The notes under the pieces: generated by a model
Seen by the model: only the letters and a program-made list of their open reading frames with translations
Database searches by the model: none
Told to the model about the DNA's origin: nothing
Position numbers and translations under genes: made by a program
NCBI GenBank assembly: GCA_902780865.1
Contig: CACZHC010000010.1
Coordinates: 1-57,864 of the forward strand
Direction: 5' to 3'
Source: an uncultured bacterium
Lineage (GTDB): Bacteria; Verrucomicrobiota; Kiritimatiellia; RFP12; UBA1067
Length of the DNA stretch: 57,864 bases
Shown here: positions 36,358-46,281 of the stretch, piece by piece
Layout of the letters: each line of letters opens with the position of its first letter
How positions within the stretch are numbered: position 1 is the first letter of the stretch

Positions 36358-37055
36358 AAAAGACGATAATGGCATTGTCTATGCTTGCGTTTGCAGGCTG
36401 CTTCACGATATTCGAGAGCGAATATCCCGCCGTCGAAATGGCCTCTGCCGGCAATGCCGACGTAAAGGTGCAGCTTTCGGGCTTCGAGGCGGCGGTCACG
36501 ACATACGAAGTCCTCTACGGCTACGAGACATCCTACCGCTACCACCACTACTACGGGTACCGCCGTAACTACGGCTACTGGGGGCCGTCGACCGTGATGA
36601 CCGAGACGTACGTCCCTCAGACCAGGGCGACATCGGCCTACATCGACCGCGCGACGGAGATTCTCGAGCTCAACGGGTTCAACCCTAAGACCGACAAGCC
36701 AGAGTACCGCATAGAAGTGAAGTTCGGCGGTCCTTTCGTGTCCGACGGGGATCGCGCAGCCGAGGCCGCGTGGACGATATTCTCGCTCCTCACAGCGGAC
36801 TACGGTGTCCATACGTGGACTGCGAAGCTTAAGATCTACGATGTCGCCACCGGCAAGCTTCTCATGCACTACGACTATTCCGAGCGCTACTCTGCGCTTG
36901 TCTGGGGGCCGATTCCTCTTTTTAGCCCCGCAGGATCGGACAAGACCTCTACAAACTCCATGCAGAACTGGTGTCTGACGGCGCTTACGGACCGCGCCAT
37001 GGCCGATGCGACGGCGTTCCTCTCGGCGAAGGCAAAGCCAGCAAAGGCGGAGTGA
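36354..37055 (+). CDS. hypothetical lipoprotein
   Basis: MKKTIMALSMLAFAG-C; ATGA overlap with waaA; Tyr-rich segment. Confidence 0.75.
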   Translation: MKKTIMALSMLAFAGCFTIFESEYPAVEMASAGNADVKVQLSGFEAAVTTYEVLYGYETSYRYHHYYGYRRNYGYWGPSTVMTETYVPQTRATSAYIDRATEILELNGFNPKTDKPEYRIEVKFGGPFVSDGDRAAEAAWTIFSLLTADYGVHTWTAKLKIYDVATGKLLMHYDYSERYSALVWGPIPLFSPAGSDKTSTNSMQNWCLTALTDRAMADATAFLSAKAKPAKAE

Positions 37056-37091
37056 CGGAAGGAATTTTACATTAAGACAACAAGAAGACAA

Positions 37092-40052
37092 ATGGGAAAG
37101 ATCGTAATGACAGTTGTGGCGCTTGCCGTTGTAGCGGCAGGGCCTCTTTGCGCGGACGGAATGTTCGACGTAGGCGACAAGGTCAGCGGTTTTGTGGTAA
37201 AGTCTGTCACGGACCTCCCCGAGATCAAGGGGCGGATGGTTCGGATGGATTACGAGAAGAACGGCGCAGAGCTGGTCTGGTTTGATCGTGACGACGACTG
37301 CAAGACATTCGCCATCGGCTTTCGCACGCTGCCGTACGACGATACGGGTGTGCCGCACATAATTGAGCACTCGGTGCTGTGTGGTTCCGAAAAATATCCC
37401 GTGAAGGATCCGTTCGTGCAGCTTGCGAAGGGCTCCTTTGCGACGTTTCTGAACGCATTCACATCCCCGGACTGCACCTGCTATCCTGTCTGCTCGCGCA
37501 ACCAGCAGGAATTGCTCAACCTCATGGACGTTTATATGGATGCCGTCCTCCACCCACTGAGCGTTCGGTCGCCATTGGCGTTTAAGCAGGAGGGCTGGCA
37601 CTACGAGCTGGACGGGCCTGACGGCGAGCTTAAGCGCAATGGCATCGTGTACAGCGAAATGAAGGGCGGCTTTTCAAACCCCGAGAGGCTGCTTTACACC
37701 GAGGTCTCCCGACTGCTCTATCCCGACACTACGTATGGCTTTGTGTCTGGAGGCGACCCCGCTGCGATACCGACGCTCACGTTCGAGATGTACAAGCGCT
37801 TCTACAACCGCTTCTACCATCCGTCCAACGCCCGCATCTTTCTCGATGGGAACATGGACGTGAAAGCTGTTCTTGCGAAGCTCGACGGCTTCCTTTCGCC
37901 GTATGAGCGCAAGGTCGTGGACGCGCCCGTGGTGTTCCAGCGTCCAGTCAGCGCCGAGAAGACGATAGAATACGAGATAGGGGCGGACGAAAAGGCCGAC
38001 GGCAAGGTGTATGTCGCGACTGGATGGGTGTGCGGACGCTTCGACGAGCGCGAGAAAAGCCGCGCGCTTGAAGTGCTTGTCGCCGTGCTTGCCGGCGACA
38101 ACTCGTCGCCGCTGAAAAAAGCGCTCGTCGACGCGGGGCTTTGCGAAGACGTTTACTGGGGTTGCGGGCAGATGGCGCAGATAAGGTCGGGATTGACAGT
38201 CAAGGGCGTCAAGGCCGAGAATGTCGATGCCGTCCGCAGCACGATTCGCGAAACGCTTTCACGCCTTGCCGCAGAAGGGCTCGACCATGCCCGCATAGAG
38301 GCGGTTCTCGACCGCACGGAGTTTCGCGTCAGGGAGAAAGACACTGGTTCCACGCCGCGTGGGCTTGATATTTATTTTGACGCGTCCCTTTTCTGGAACT
38401 ACGGCGGCGATCCGGCGGATGCGTTCCGCAACGATGCGATATTCGCCTCGCTTCGCGGGAAGATCGCGTCCGGCTGGTTCGAGAAGCTGCTCAAGGAGTG
38501 CTTTATCGACAATCCGCATGTCGTGCGGCTTACGATGATGCCTTCAAAGACGATTGCCGCGGAGCGCGCCGAGGCGGAAAAGAAGGCGCTTGCAGCGATA
38601 AAGGCCGGGTGGAGCAAAGAGGAACTCGAGAATGTGATTGCCGAATGCAGCGCCCTTAAGAAATTCCAGGCAGATCCAACCAAGCCCGAGGACCTTGCGA
38701 AGCTCCCGCGCCTGTCGCTGTCCGACATTCCGGAGAAGGGCACGTACGTCCCCCGCGAGATCGTCAAGGCCGGCGGCGTTACGGTCGTGCGTCCGCACAC
38801 CCATGCAAACGGCGTCCTTCATGCAGAGTGCCATTTCAGCGCTGAGGACTTTACGGCAGATGAGCTTGCCGACCTTCCCTTCCTGGCAGATCTTTTCACG
38901 AACCTTCGCACGTCTCGTCGTTCGCTTGACGACCTGCGCAACTTCCGGGACGGACGCCTTGGGCGCTTTTACTCGTCGGTGGGCATCTATTCCTCGCCAA
39001 AGGACGGCGAGGGCCGTCCATATTTCACCGTCAGGGTGTCGGCTCTCGAGTCCCGGGCGGACGACGCGCTCGCCTTCGTCGCCGAAGTGCTGCGCGAGAC
39101 GCAGTTCGACGACATAAAGGCGATTGGCAAGCTGCTCAGGCAGGATCGTCTTGACGCGGAGCAGATGCCAAACGGAATCTCGGGATCCCGTTTCGCGAGT
39201 AGTCGCGCAGCCGCGCAGCTGACGTCTCGTGGCGCGATGGACGAAATCGTCGGCGGCATTGCCCACATCCGCCATCTGCAGAGGGTGGACGACGACTTCG
39301 CGGAGTATGGCGCGGAATATGCCAAGCGTCTCGCCGGCCTCGCTGCACGGCTCTTTACGAGAGACCGCCTTGTCGTGTGTCTGCCCGACAACATTCCGCT
39401 TTCCTGGGCCGAGCGCATTGCCGAGTCGTTCCCGCACGGCGCGATCTGGCCGCGGCAGGAAATAAAGCCGTTCCCGAGAAAGAAGGTGGGTTTCCGCACT
39501 TTGGGCACAATAAGCGGAACGGCCATGGTTGCCCATCCAGTCAAGAACCCGTACAGCGGGAAGGCGATTGTCGCCGCTCGCGTGCTTTCATACGGCTATC
39601 TCTGGGAGGAGATACGCGTGAAGGGCGGTGCCTATGGCGGCAATTTCGGGATTGGCCGCAGCGGCGACGCAAGTTGGTCGTCATGGAACGACCCGAAGCC
39701 GGCGCGCACGCTTGACGTATATGCCGGGTGCGGCAAGGCCCTCAGGGCGTTTGCGGACGGCGAGGATTCGCTGGACAGCCAGATAGTGAGCGCCGTCGCC
39801 AAGTCGGAGCCGTACCAGACGCCGAGCGCCGAGACATACTCTGCGTCGTCTTTGTGGCTTTCCGGCCGCACGCCTGACGACCTGCAGCGCACCCGCTCGG
39901 AAATGCTCAAGACCACGAAGCAGGACCTTCGCGCCTTTGCCGACGAAATCGACGCGATGGCGTCTTCCACCGCAATCTGCGTCGTAGGCGGTGCCCAGCT
40001 CGTGGATTCCTGTACGAACCTGCTCGACCATGTCGAGACGCTTGCGCGATGA
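37092..40052 (+). CDS. M16C (insulinase/PreP-like) zinc metallopeptidase with signal peptide
   Basis: TGVPHIIEHSVLCGSEKYP (inverted HxxEH), FLNAFT, QEGWH, GIVYSEMKG, SGGDP, YHPSNA, YLWEEIRVKGGAYG. Confidence 0.9.
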   Translation: MGKIVMTVVALAVVAAGPLCADGMFDVGDKVSGFVVKSVTDLPEIKGRMVRMDYEKNGAELVWFDRDDDCKTFAIGFRTLPYDDTGVPHIIEHSVLCGSEKYPVKDPFVQLAKGSFATFLNAFTSPDCTCYPVCSRNQQELLNLMDVYMDAVLHPLSVRSPLAFKQEGWHYELDGPDGELKRNGIVYSEMKGGFSNPERLLYTEVSRLLYPDTTYGFVSGGDPAAIPTLTFEMYKRFYNRFYHPSNARIFLDGNMDVKAVLAKLDGFLSPYERKVVDAPVVFQRPVSAEKTIEYEIGADEKADGKVYVATGWVCGRFDEREKSRALEVLVAVLAGDNSSPLKKALVDAGLCEDVYWGCGQMAQIRSGLTVKGVKAENVDAVRSTIRETLSRLAAEGLDHARIEAVLDRTEFRVREKDTGSTPRGLDIYFDASLFWNYGGDPADAFRNDAIFASLRGKIASGWFEKLLKECFIDNPHVVRLTMMPSKTIAAERAEAEKKALAAIKAGWSKEELENVIAECSALKKFQADPTKPEDLAKLPRLSLSDIPEKGTYVPREIVKAGGVTVVRPHTHANGVLHAECHFSAEDFTADELADLPFLADLFTNLRTSRRSLDDLRNFRDGRLGRFYSSVGIYSSPKDGEGRPYFTVRVSALESRADDALAFVAEVLRETQFDDIKAIGKLLRQDRLDAEQMPNGISGSRFASSRAAAQLTSRGAMDEIVGGIAHIRHLQRVDDDFAEYGAEYAKRLAGLAARLFTRDRLVVCLPDNIPLSWAERIAESFPHGAIWPRQEIKPFPRKKVGFRTLGTISGTAMVAHPVKNPYSGKAIVAARVLSYGYLWEEIRVKGGAYGGNFGIGRSGDASWSSWNDPKPARTLDVYAGCGKALRAFADGEDSLDSQIVSAVAKSEPYQTPSAETYSASSLWLSGRTPDDLQRTRSEMLKTTKQDLRAFADEIDAMASSTAICVVGGAQLVDSCTNLLDHVETLAR

Positions 40053-40086
40053 ACTTTCTTGGCGTCCGCGGACTCTTGCGTCTGAC

Positions 40087-40106
40087 GCCCGTTTAAGTTG
40101 ACGGGC
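40087..40106 (+). terminator. possible hairpin terminator after the M16 peptidase gene
   Basis: GCCCGT-TTAAGTTG-ACGGGC; weak U tract. Confidence 0.3.
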
Positions 40107-40108
40107 AG

Positions 40109-40138
40109 TTGCCGAGATGCGGTCTATAATGGTATAAT
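40109..40138 (+). promoter_or_regulatory. promoter of pseudopilin operon (TTGCCG-18-TATAAT; second TATAAT 8 nt upstream)
   Basis: TTGCCG 40109-14; TATAAT 40125-30 and 40133-38; SD AGGAGG before ATG 40158. Confidence 0.6.
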
Positions 40139-40157
40139 ATCGGCAACAGGAGGAAAT

Positions 40158-40589
40158 ATGAAGAGAGAAGAGACAGTTGCAGTTTCGGCGATGCGCGCTG
40201 GCTTTACGCTTGTAGAGCTTCTGGTCGTTGTCGCGATCATCGGCATCCTTGGCACGATTGCCATACAGAATGTCAAGGCGCATATCGACAGGACAAACGA
40301 GACGGCCGCTCGCGCGACGGTGCAGAGCGTTTCCGAGGCCGTCACTGCGTATTACATCGGGAAGAAGAAGATGCCGACATCCCTCAACCAGCTTGTCGAG
40401 GGCTCTGACGACGATCCGCCTGTTCTCGACGGCGGCGAGGGTGCCCTGGAGGATCCGTGGGGCAACGAGCTCAAGTACGAGATAAAAGGCAAGCGCTTTG
40501 TCGTGATTTCGGCCGGTCCTGACGGTGACTTTGGCACGGAGGACGACATTCGCAGCGACAAGAAGGGCTCCTCCAAGTCCGGCAATTGA
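40158..40589 (+). CDS. gspG: type II secretion major pseudopilin
   Basis: RAG|FTLVELLVVVAIIG prepilin site; EDPWG, ISAGPDG.FGTEDDI C-terminal GspG motif. Confidence 0.9.
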   Translation: MKREETVAVSAMRAGFTLVELLVVVAIIGILGTIAIQNVKAHIDRTNETAARATVQSVSEAVTAYYIGKKKMPTSLNQLVEGSDDDPPVLDGGEGALEDPWGNELKYEIKGKRFVVISAGPDGDFGTEDDIRSDKKGSSKSGN

Positions 40590-40608
40590 CGGCCTTGCGT
40601 GAACGCCT

Positions 40609-41409
40609 ATGGCGCGCAGGGCTTTTACCTTGATCGAACTTCTCGTCATCGTCGCAATCATGGCGACGATGGTGTCTGTCAGCGTGGTCAGCATACGCGC
40701 CGGCCAGAGCTCTGCCAGGATAAAAGGCGCGACGCGCAACGTAATGGCGGCGATACGCCACGCACGTTCGATGGCACTCGTGATGATGCAGCCCGCCATC
40801 GTCACCTATTCCACCACGACGGTCGACGACGAGGTCTGTGCGCAGGTCAAGGTCGATGGCGCGAAGCTCGCCGATTCACACAAGGCATCGGACGTCGTCG
40901 AGACTCTTTCGGGTGAGCCGATTCACCGCGACGGCACGGAAGTAAAGCGCAATGACAGAAGCGCCCATGGGGAAGAGGAAGAGCCTGTCCTTGCCGAGGG
41001 AGACGGGCAGACGGTGATGGATGTGCTTTTTGAGCCGGTATCGACAGAAGTGGTGCGCGGTGTGCGCATCAAGGTCGCCGTCGGTGACGAACTGCCCCAG
41101 TTCGAGCAGGAGGAGGAGAAGAAGGCGAATAAGATATCTGTGTTCTCCAATGTCGACTATCTGCTCGGCAAGTACAGGGATCAGAAGCAGGAAGAGAAGA
41201 AAAAGGCCGAAGAGGAAAGCGCCTCCGCGCCCATGCCGGCGAAGGCCGACGAGGGCCAGGAGCCAGTGAGCATTGTCTGGGAGGCGAATGGGCGCTGCGA
41301 CCCGCACCGCGTCTGGGTATATCTCGACGGCTCGACCCCCGATAAGGGTCTGTGCATCAAGGTCGATCGCTTCGGCGCGGCAAAAGTAGTCTCGGACGAC
41401 GAGGATTGA
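40609..41409 (+). CDS. gspH: type II secretion minor pseudopilin H-like
   Basis: RRA|FTLIELL; AIRHARSMA helix; position after gspG. Confidence 0.7.
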   Translation: MARRAFTLIELLVIVAIMATMVSVSVVSIRAGQSSARIKGATRNVMAAIRHARSMALVMMQPAIVTYSTTTVDDEVCAQVKVDGAKLADSHKASDVVETLSGEPIHRDGTEVKRNDRSAHGEEEEPVLAEGDGQTVMDVLFEPVSTEVVRGVRIKVAVGDELPQFEQEEEKKANKISVFSNVDYLLGKYRDQKQEEKKKAEEESASAPMPAKADEGQEPVSIVWEANGRCDPHRVWVYLDGSTPDKGLCIKVDRFGAAKVVSDDED

Positions 41410-41413
41410 CGCC

Positions 41414-41872
41414 ATGCGAAGCGGTTTTACACTTCTTGAAGTCCTTCTCGCCTCGATAATTCTCGGGGCGGGGCTGGCCGCGATACTCGTCTCGATGTCG
41501 CAGAGCCAGAAGATGATGCTGTCTTCTGCCTCCCTCGAGACTGCCCAGGAAGTCATGGACCTTGGCGAGATGGCGTATCCGCTTTCGGATGTAAAGGATC
41601 CCGACCAGGACCTCGACGTAAGGGAGACAAAGGCGAGCGAGTTGTGGGACATCGTCGCCGGCTCGCATGGACCCAAGCTGACGCGCGAGCAGGAGGAGAA
41701 GTTCCACGGCTACACGTGGGAACGCGAAGCGCTGAACCGAAAGGACAGCGAGGAGGACATAAAGCGCATCGGCAACCTATACACCGTGCGCATCACGGTT
41801 CGCTGGGGCAACCACCGGCGCGGCGAGAACGAGGAGGAGAGCTACGTCACGTTCTGGAGGAAGAAGGAATGA
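41414..41872 (+). CDS. gspI: type II secretion minor pseudopilin I-like
   Basis: RSG|FTLLEVLLA; YTWER...TVRITVRW. Confidence 0.7.
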   Translation: MRSGFTLLEVLLASIILGAGLAAILVSMSQSQKMMLSSASLETAQEVMDLGEMAYPLSDVKDPDQDLDVRETKASELWDIVAGSHGPKLTREQEEKFHGYTWEREALNRKDSEEDIKRIGNLYTVRITVRWGNHRRGENEEESYVTFWRKKE

Positions 41873-42873
41873 GACGCGCCTTTACCCTTGTCGAGCTTCT
41901 TCTGGCCGTCGTCCTTCTCGGCGTCCTTACGTCGCTTACGATGATGACTTTCAACTCGGTTACGCGCGGCTGGCAGGTTTCGACGGACTACCTCGACAAG
42001 ATGCAGCGCACCGACTTCGCGCTGAACCAGGTCATATCGGGCTTGAGGAGTCTCTACTACCCCCATGGCGGCGAGCAGAGCTACGATTACGGCTTTTATC
42101 TCACGGACAACGGCAACGGCGAAGACCCTGACAGTTCGGACGTGATAGAGTGGTCAAAGCGCGGCTCTGCAATCGTGGGCTCTAAGAGCGCGGCGGCAGA
42201 CACGGTCCATCGGGTCCAGCTCATGGTGCTTGAAGAAGGCAACCACGACTATTTGGATCCCATAGAGGTCACCGGGCTCTATGCGCGGCATTGTCCCGAT
42301 GTTACGCTTCGTCCAAAGAACAATCGCGACGACATCGACTTTTCCTTCGCCAACGACGAGATGTACCAGCCGGTTCTAATAGCGGACGGTATCGTCGGCT
42401 TCAACTGCAGGGTGCTGCCATCCGACGAGAAGGTGGAGGCCGAGCACGATGAATCGCTTTTCGAAGACACTTGGGACACGTCCAACGCGGTACCATACAA
42501 GATCGAGCTCACTTTCTATCTCGCCGATCCCGAGGGGCGAGCATACCGCTCGAACACGGCGCCGATAATGCGCATAGTGCGAATGCCCCTGTACGAGCAG
42601 GGCAAGGACGGCGCTGCGCCTCCGTCCGAAAAGGCGGCAAAGGAAGGCGCCGGTTCGAGACGCAGGAATTCCGGAGGGGCTGGACGTACGAGCGGCGGTG
42701 GCTCGGGCGGCACTCGCCCCGGCGGTGGTGGTCAGCCAGGCGGTGGCGGGACGCGTCCTGGTGGCGGTGGCCAGCCAGGCGGCGGAATGGGGCCTGGTGG
42801 CGGAGGTCAACCAGGCGGCGGCGGAATGGGGCCTGGTGGCGGAGGCGCGCCACCGGGAGGAGGAATGCGATGA
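41869..42873 (+). CDS. gspJ: type II secretion minor pseudopilin J-like with Gly/Pro-rich tail
   Basis: MRRA|FTLVELLLA; WDTSNAVPYKIELT; PGGGG repeats; ATGA overlaps on both sides. Confidence 0.7.
   Translation: MRRAFTLVELLLAVVLLGVLTSLTMMTFNSVTRGWQVSTDYLDKMQRTDFALNQVISGLRSLYYPHGGEQSYDYGFYLTDNGNGEDPDSSDVIEWSKRGSAIVGSKSAAADTVHRVQLMVLEEGNHDYLDPIEVTGLYARHCPDVTLRPKNNRDDIDFSFANDEMYQPVLIADGIVGFNCRVLPSDEKVEAEHDESLFEDTWDTSNAVPYKIELTFYLADPEGRAYRSNTAPIMRIVRMPLYEQGKDGAAPPSEKAAKEGAGSRRRNSGGAGRTSGGGSGGTRPGGGGQPGGGGTRPGGGGQPGGGMGPGGGGQPGGGGMGPGGGGAPPGGGMR
42700..42860 (+). repeat. coding (TR/M)PGGGGQPGGG repeats
   Basis: Repeated CCTGGTGGCGG(A/T)GG and CA(G/A)CCAGGCGG units. Confidence 0.75.
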
Positions 42874-44120
42874 GACGGGCAAGTGCTCTATTGATGGCTC
42901 TTTGGATAATCGCCGTGCTGTCGATCATGGTGCTGTCCTTCGCATCCGAGGCGCATATCCAGACGGGGATCAACGTGTATGTGCGCGAACGAAACCGCGT
43001 AAACCGCCTTGTCGATGCCGGGCGCATACTTGCCGAAGTCGTGATATCCGACTACTCAAGCGTGTCCGAATGGTCGGAGGACGAGGACGCCGAACAGCTT
43101 TTCGAGGACGATAGATGGTACAAGGTGAAGAGAGACCTGAAAATAGGACGGCCCTGCGTCATTGGTCCGATTCTCGTCGACGAGGAGAACCCGGAGTCTG
43201 GCACCGTCAAGGTGGAGATTCGCATTACGCGTGGGCTCAACATAAACGAGCTCACGCCAGACGGCGACAAGAACTGGAGGCTCAGGTGGGAGATTCTGCT
43301 GACTAAGATCTGCGGCATTCCGGAGGACTACGAGGTCGAGGCATACGATTCGCAGCACCATTCTCGCAGCCATTTCAAGCTGACCAACCTTCTTATCGCA
43401 AGTTTTGCGGACTGGGTTGATGCAGACGACAATGCGACGTCAGTCGACGGCGAGGACTGCGGCGCCGAGTCAAATTGGTACGAAGAAGAGTATGAAGACA
43501 CCAAGGTCGACGACGAAGACAAGCGATATCCGCGCAACGGGGCGATCCCGGACATAAAGGAGCTTTCCTACATACGCGGTTTCCGCGACTTCCCGGTAGT
43601 GCTTACGGGCGGAGTGCTCAACCCCGAGGACGATCCCAAGGATCAGATAACCGTGCGCGGAATCGCCGACATGTTCAACACGCTCGGTAGCGCGAAGGTC
43701 TACGTCAACGACTGCACTCGCGACGAGCTGCTGACCGTTCCCGGCATTTTCAACGAGGAAGACGAGGAAGACCTCGAAAAGAGCACCGAGGTCATAGATG
43801 CGATTCTTGGCGCCAAGAGCGAGGAGCCAGACTACGACGTGGACATGTCGCTCAATTGGTGGCAGTACAAGGACTTCCAGGATCTCCAGCAGCGCGTTTC
43901 GGACTATGGCGGTGGCAGCAGCGTCCAGGTCGGAATGGAGGCGAACGAATATCTCCTTTTCAAGCCGGACGACACGACGATTTTCGAGATTACCATAGAG
44001 TGTGAATCTATGGGAATGACCCGCTCGGTCAGGGCGAAGGCGTACTTGAAGGACAAGGAAGTCCGCTATGTAGAATGGGAGGAAGATCCCGTAGGGGACA
44101 GGAAGGAATCTGCACAATGA
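42870..44120 (+). CDS. gspK: type II secretion minor pseudopilin K
   Basis: RRAS|ALLMALWII (no E5), LNINEL, ADWVDADD, GAES..Y, PRNG...ELSYIRGF, VYVN...L..VPGI. Confidence 0.85.
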   Translation: MRRASALLMALWIIAVLSIMVLSFASEAHIQTGINVYVRERNRVNRLVDAGRILAEVVISDYSSVSEWSEDEDAEQLFEDDRWYKVKRDLKIGRPCVIGPILVDEENPESGTVKVEIRITRGLNINELTPDGDKNWRLRWEILLTKICGIPEDYEVEAYDSQHHSRSHFKLTNLLIASFADWVDADDNATSVDGEDCGAESNWYEEEYEDTKVDDEDKRYPRNGAIPDIKELSYIRGFRDFPVVLTGGVLNPEDDPKDQITVRGIADMFNTLGSAKVYVNDCTRDELLTVPGIFNEEDEEDLEKSTEVIDAILGAKSEEPDYDVDMSLNWWQYKDFQDLQQRVSDYGGGSSVQVGMEANEYLLFKPDDTTIFEITIECESMGMTRSVRAKAYLKDKEVRYVEWEEDPVGDRKESAQ

Positions 44121-44989
44121 AGCTGATAGACGGCAAGGAGCTTGCGCATAGCCTGCGCGGCGAGATCGCGGCTGGAGTCGCCGGGCTGAAGGCAGAGAAG
44201 GGCGTGACGCCCGGTCTTGCCGTAATACTCGTGGGCGACAATCCGGCGAGCGTCAGCTACGTTACCGCGAAAAAAAGGGCATGCGCCGAAGCGGGGATGC
44301 TCTCACGCGAAATACGACTTCCCGCCGAGACGACAGAGGAAGAGCTCGTCGCGCGCGTTAAGGAGCTCAATGCCGATCCCGAGATACACGGGATACTTGT
44401 GCAGCTGCCAGTCCCGAAGCATATCCGCGACAAGGCCGTCATCGACGCGATCGCGCCGGAGAAGGACGTCGACGGGTTTACTCCGATCAACGTCGGCAAG
44501 ATGATGATCGGAGACGAGTGCTTTCTCCCGTGCACGCCTCATGGCATTATCAAGCTTATTGAATTTTCTGGTATGGACATCCGCGGCAAACATGCCGTAG
44601 TCATCGGGCGTAGCAACATCGTCGGGAAGCCCGTCGCCGCGCTTCTTGCCCGCAAGGAGACTAACGCGACTGTCACGCTTTGCCATACGGGAACGCCCGA
44701 CGTCGGTCATTTCACCCGCGACGCAGATATCGTCGTCGTCGCGGCAGGACGGCCAAACACGCTTACCGGCGACATGCTTAAAGATGGCGCAGTCGTCATA
44801 GACGTCGGCGTGAACAGGATTCCCGACGAGACGAATCCGAAGGGCTTCCGGCTTGTTGGCGATGCCGATTTCGAAAGCTGCTCCAAGGTCGCAGGCGCAA
44901 TTACCCCAGTTCCGGGCGGCGTCGGACCGATGACGATAACGATGCTTCTCTGGAACACTCTCGAAAGCGCCCGCCGCGTCGCCAAGTAA
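44117..44989 (+). CDS. folD: bifunctional methylenetetrahydrofolate dehydrogenase/cyclohydrolase
   Basis: PGLAVILVG, YVTAK, HGILVQLP, KDVDGF, PCTP, GRSNIVGKP, IDVGVN, ITPVPGGVGPMT. Confidence 0.95.
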   Translation: MKLIDGKELAHSLRGEIAAGVAGLKAEKGVTPGLAVILVGDNPASVSYVTAKKRACAEAGMLSREIRLPAETTEEELVARVKELNADPEIHGILVQLPVPKHIRDKAVIDAIAPEKDVDGFTPINVGKMMIGDECFLPCTPHGIIKLIEFSGMDIRGKHAVVIGRSNIVGKPVAALLARKETNATVTLCHTGTPDVGHFTRDADIVVVAAGRPNTLTGDMLKDGAVVIDVGVNRIPDETNPKGFRLVGDADFESCSKVAGAITPVPGGVGPMTITMLLWNTLESARRVAK

Positions 44990-45035
44990 ACGCGATGCAT
45001 GCCGGCAGGTCTGCTATATGCAAAAAACGCCTGCG

Positions 45036-46187
45036 TTAACGGCGTGAGCTTTGCGTGGGTGTGCTTTTCCTGTATTCTCGCATTGTCAGTCCTGTGCGGG
45101 CGAGAAACATCTTCTTGACGAAGGCGTCGGAACGATAACCGCAGTGAGTGACCACGGTGGCGATTGGAAGCCGTGTTCTTGAAAGAAGATCGCACGCCTT
45201 CTCGAAGCGGTGCTCGTGTATTTCCGCAAGCATTGTGCGCCCCGTCTCCTTCTTGAACTGGAGCGTCCCCATCCTTCGCGAGCAGCCCATGTCCTTGATG
45301 ATGTTGTCAAGGCGTATCGACTGGCTGCAGGCGTTGCGGCGTATATATTCCAATGCGCGTCTTACGCGAGCGCTTGTCCCTGACGGAGCTGCGGTCGATC
45401 CTCTTCGTACAAGCCGCAACGGCCCATAGAACTCGACTCTTTCCTTTTTCCTCTTTCCTTTCCTCTTTTTCTTTTCATCGATTTCTTCCGCAAGCATCTG
45501 CGCGAGACGATAGCCAGCTCCTTCAAAGTCCGGTTCTGCGCTCGTAAGCCCCGGCGTGACGGATTCACAGAACATTTCATCGTTGTCGATTCCGGCAATT
45601 GCGACATCGTCGGGGATGGATAGCCCGGCGGTCGTCGCGGCATGATAGGCCTTGACTGCGCAGTCGTCGTTCGCGCCGAGTATTCCGCAGGGCTTGGGTA
45701 GCGCACAGATCGCTTCTCTTAGCCCTGTCTGCGGCAAAACCGTCACCGAAGACCCGGCGGCACTCGCGTCCTTTCGGAACTGCATAAAACGGTCGTTGTC
45801 CCAGTGTAGTTTCTTCCCAGTTCCGATGTATGCGTATGATTTGCAGTTGAGCTTCAGAAGCTCTCCTCCTGCGATGGAGGCTTCGGCTGCCGAATCGTGC
45901 AGCAGGCAAGGATGTCGCTTCGAGCGGTGCGCGGGATTCTGGTCGAGGTATACGGTTGGAATATCTCGAAAAAGCAGGTCGGGCGGCGCACCGTTGCTCA
46001 TCGCGCAATCGACAAGGCATCCTATCGGCCTCCACTCGTCTAGGGAGCTGCGTATTTCGTCTGGGGTCGCATAGCGACCGATCACCTGCACGAACCATCC
46101 GCGTTCCTGCGCGAACATGTGCACCCCCGCAAGCTTCTGTCGCCAGCTTTTGCGAAGCGTCGACTGAAAGAAGAGTATGATTTCCAT
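45036..46187 (-). CDS. XylR-type transcriptional regulator (LacI-like ligand-binding domain + AraC HTH)
   Basis: LPKPCGILGAND, IPDDVAIAGIDND, LTS...GY..A..L, RRGST, then AraC HTH (FKKETG, R..KACDLL..T, CGY). Confidence 0.88.
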   Translation of the reverse strand: MEIILFFQSTLRKSWRQKLAGVHMFAQERGWFVQVIGRYATPDEIRSSLDEWRPIGCLVDCAMSNGAPPDLLFRDIPTVYLDQNPAHRSKRHPCLLHDSAAEASIAGGELLKLNCKSYAYIGTGKKLHWDNDRFMQFRKDASAAGSSVTVLPQTGLREAICALPKPCGILGANDDCAVKAYHAATTAGLSIPDDVAIAGIDNDEMFCESVTPGLTSAEPDFEGAGYRLAQMLAEEIDEKKKRKGKRKKERVEFYGPLRLVRRGSTAAPSGTSARVRRALEYIRRNACSQSIRLDNIIKDMGCSRRMGTLQFKKETGRTMLAEIHEHRFEKACDLLSRTRLPIATVVTHCGYRSDAFVKKMFLARTGLTMREYRKSTPTQSSRR

Positions 46188-46193
46188 GTGCAA

Positions 46194-46202
46194 AGTATAT
46201 CA
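46194..46202 (-). promoter_or_regulatory. extended -10 (TGATATACT) 6 nt before the regulator ATG; leaderless
   Basis: Reverse strand reads TGATATACT-TTGCAC-ATG(46187). Confidence 0.55.
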
Positions 46203-46209
46203 TATTCAT

Positions 46210-46274
46210 TGCCCTAATGGATATGAATTTTTGTCATAAACGGGCATGTTGGTCGTGAGGTGGTCTGGTATAAT
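46210..46274 (+). promoter_or_regulatory. operator copy 1 (TGCCCTAAT-N19-AAACGGGCA-TGTT) + TGGTATAAT
   Basis: Half-sites 46210-18 and 46238-46; TATAAT 46269-74 lies 22 nt after the right half-site; ATG 46282 is 7 nt later. Confidence 0.75.
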
Positions 46275-46281
46275 ACGATGC

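Noticed and set aside
40086-40110. Fourth operator copy (CGCCCGTTT...TGACGGGCA)
   Set aside because: Spacer is far shorter than 19 nt and the distance to TATAAT is 17 or 25 nt, not 22; better read as a hairpin
42700-42860. gspJ Gly-rich repeats as a member of the periodic-element family
   Set aside because: Period is a multiple of 3 with synonymous variation, consistent with a protein-level low-complexity tail
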